This document shows positions 23,175-24,000 of a stretch of DNA of 24,000 bases, piece after piece (the first letter of the stretch is position 1; each line of letters opens with the position of its first letter). The notes under the pieces were generated by a model. It saw only the letters and a program-made list of their open reading frames with translations, was not told the origin of the DNA and did no database searches. The stretch is from contig DATKLM010000116.1 in assembly GCA_035542415.1 (NCBI GenBank), positions 12,129 to 36,128 on the forward strand. The letters run 5' to 3'. This stretch comes from Spirochaetia bacterium. GTDB lineage: Bacteria > Spirochaetota > Spirochaetia > SZUA-6 > Fen-1364. Both the position numbers and the translations under genes were made by a program.

Positions 23175-23714
23175 CTACTTGATGCCGGACTTCCCGACCT
23201 TGCGGCGCACGTACTCGTTTTCGTACTTGATCCCCTTGCCCTTGTACGGCTCCACGGGCCGGAAGGAGCGGATCTCGGAGCAGATCTGCCCGACCTTCTG
23301 CTTGTCCGAGCCCTTCACCACGATGCGGGTGTTTGCCTCCACGTCCATCGTGATCCCCGGCGGAATGGGGTACTCGATGGGTGTGGAGTAGCCCAGGGTG
23401 AGGACGAGGGACTTCCCCTTCACCTCGGCCTTGTAGCCGACGCCCGAGATGACGAGGGACTTGGAGAATCCATCCGAAAGGCCGATGAGGGCGTTCTTGA
23501 GGAGGTTGCGGTACAGGCCGTGGAGGCTCCTGCCCTTGATGGTGTCCTCCTGCCGGCCCACCATGAGGAGGTCTCCTTCGGTCTTCACGGTGACCTCCGG
23601 CGCGTAGCCCTGCACCACCTTGCCCTTCGAGCTCTCCAGGAGCACCTCGCCGTCCTTCACGGTGACCTTGACGCCCTTGGGGATCTTGACCGGTAAACGT
23701 CCGATTCGCGACAC
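23175..23714 (-). CDS. rplF: 50S ribosomal protein L6
   Basis: SRIGRLPVKIPKGVKVTVKDGEV...YKGKGIKYENEYVRRKVGK. GTG start at 23714 with AAGGAGAA upstream. Confidence 0.96.
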   Translation of the reverse strand: MSRIGRLPVKIPKGVKVTVKDGEVLLESSKGKVVQGYAPEVTVKTEGDLLMVGRQEDTIKGRSLHGLYRNLLKNALIGLSDGFSKSLVISGVGYKAEVKGKSLVLTLGYSTPIEYPIPPGITMDVEANTRIVVKGSDKQKVGQICSEIRSFRPVEPYKGKGIKYENEYVRRKVGKSGIK

Positions 23715-23730
23715 AGTGGGTTCTCCTTGC

Positions 23731-24000
23731 CTACCAGACGGTGCACAAGATCTCGCCGCCGGCCTTCTTCTCCAGCGCCTTGCGGCCGGTGGTCACCCCG
23801 ACGGACGTCGTGACGATCAGCGTCCCGAAGCCGTTGAGAACGCGGGGAAGCGTCCGGTAGCCCGCGTACATCCGGCGCCCGGGCGTGGAGATCCGCTTCA
23901 GGCCGTGGATGACCGGCTCGTTCTTCCCGTCATACTTCAGAAAGATCCGGATCAGGTTGCGCCCGTCCTGGCTCACCTTCTTGAAGGTCTTGATGTAACC
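23731..24000 (-). CDS. rpsH: 30S ribosomal protein S8, 5'-partial (start lies beyond window end)
   Basis: The frame stays open to 24000: [23 protein letters not shown]...[26 protein letters not shown]. The M in the track at 23976 is an internal GTG (Val). Confidence 0.94.
   Translation of the reverse strand, partial: GYIKTFKKVSQDGRNLIRIFLKYDGKNEPVIHGLKRISTPGRRMYAGYRTLPRVLNGFGTLIVTTSVGVTTGRKALEKKAGGEILCTVW

Noticed and set aside
1-24000. Scanned for tRNA/rRNA, CRISPR arrays, IS/transposase/integrase genes, toxin-antitoxin pairs and defence-type genes
   Set aside because: None found. Non-coding space is limited to gaps of 113 nt or less, all accounted for by SDs, three promoters and one hairpin.

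Overview
High-GC bacterial chromosomal window, almost entirely coding, with 23 of 24 genes on the minus strand. Read right to left on the minus strand:
- 17241-24000: distal spc operon plus alpha operon (rpsH partial, rplF, rplR, rpsE, rpmD, rplO, secY, rpmJ, rpsM, rpsK, rpsD, rpoA, rplQ), followed by a GC hairpin.
- 13700-17149: a 1149-aa two-TM protein with a Cache-like outer domain, a ~145-aa poly-(E/A/V) hexapeptide tract and a GAF-like C-terminus.
- 10439-13574: rny-ymdB-tlyA behind a consensus promoter.
- 9671-10456: the only plus-strand gene, a GerMN-domain membrane protein.
- 6461-9605: ptsI-der.
- 4627-6447: a MerR-HTH fused to a eukaryote-type UDP-HexNAc pyrophosphorylase.
- 3243-4649: a secreted protein with a Cys/His motif pair.
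- 1-3190: behind its own consensus promoter, a giant membrane-anchored protein that runs off the window. It is absent from the supplied ORF track and contains 31 uninterrupted 18-residue (54-bp) repeats.

I saw no tRNA/rRNA, CRISPR array, transposase/integrase or recognisable defence gene. I cannot support a clear multi-gene novel system. The most unusual material is the left ~6.4 kb and the 13.7-17.1 kb gene. Gene content and order are compatible with a high-GC spirochaete-like organism, but that is only a guess without a database search. Every long plus-strand ORF except 9671-10456 is an antisense shadow of a minus-strand gene.
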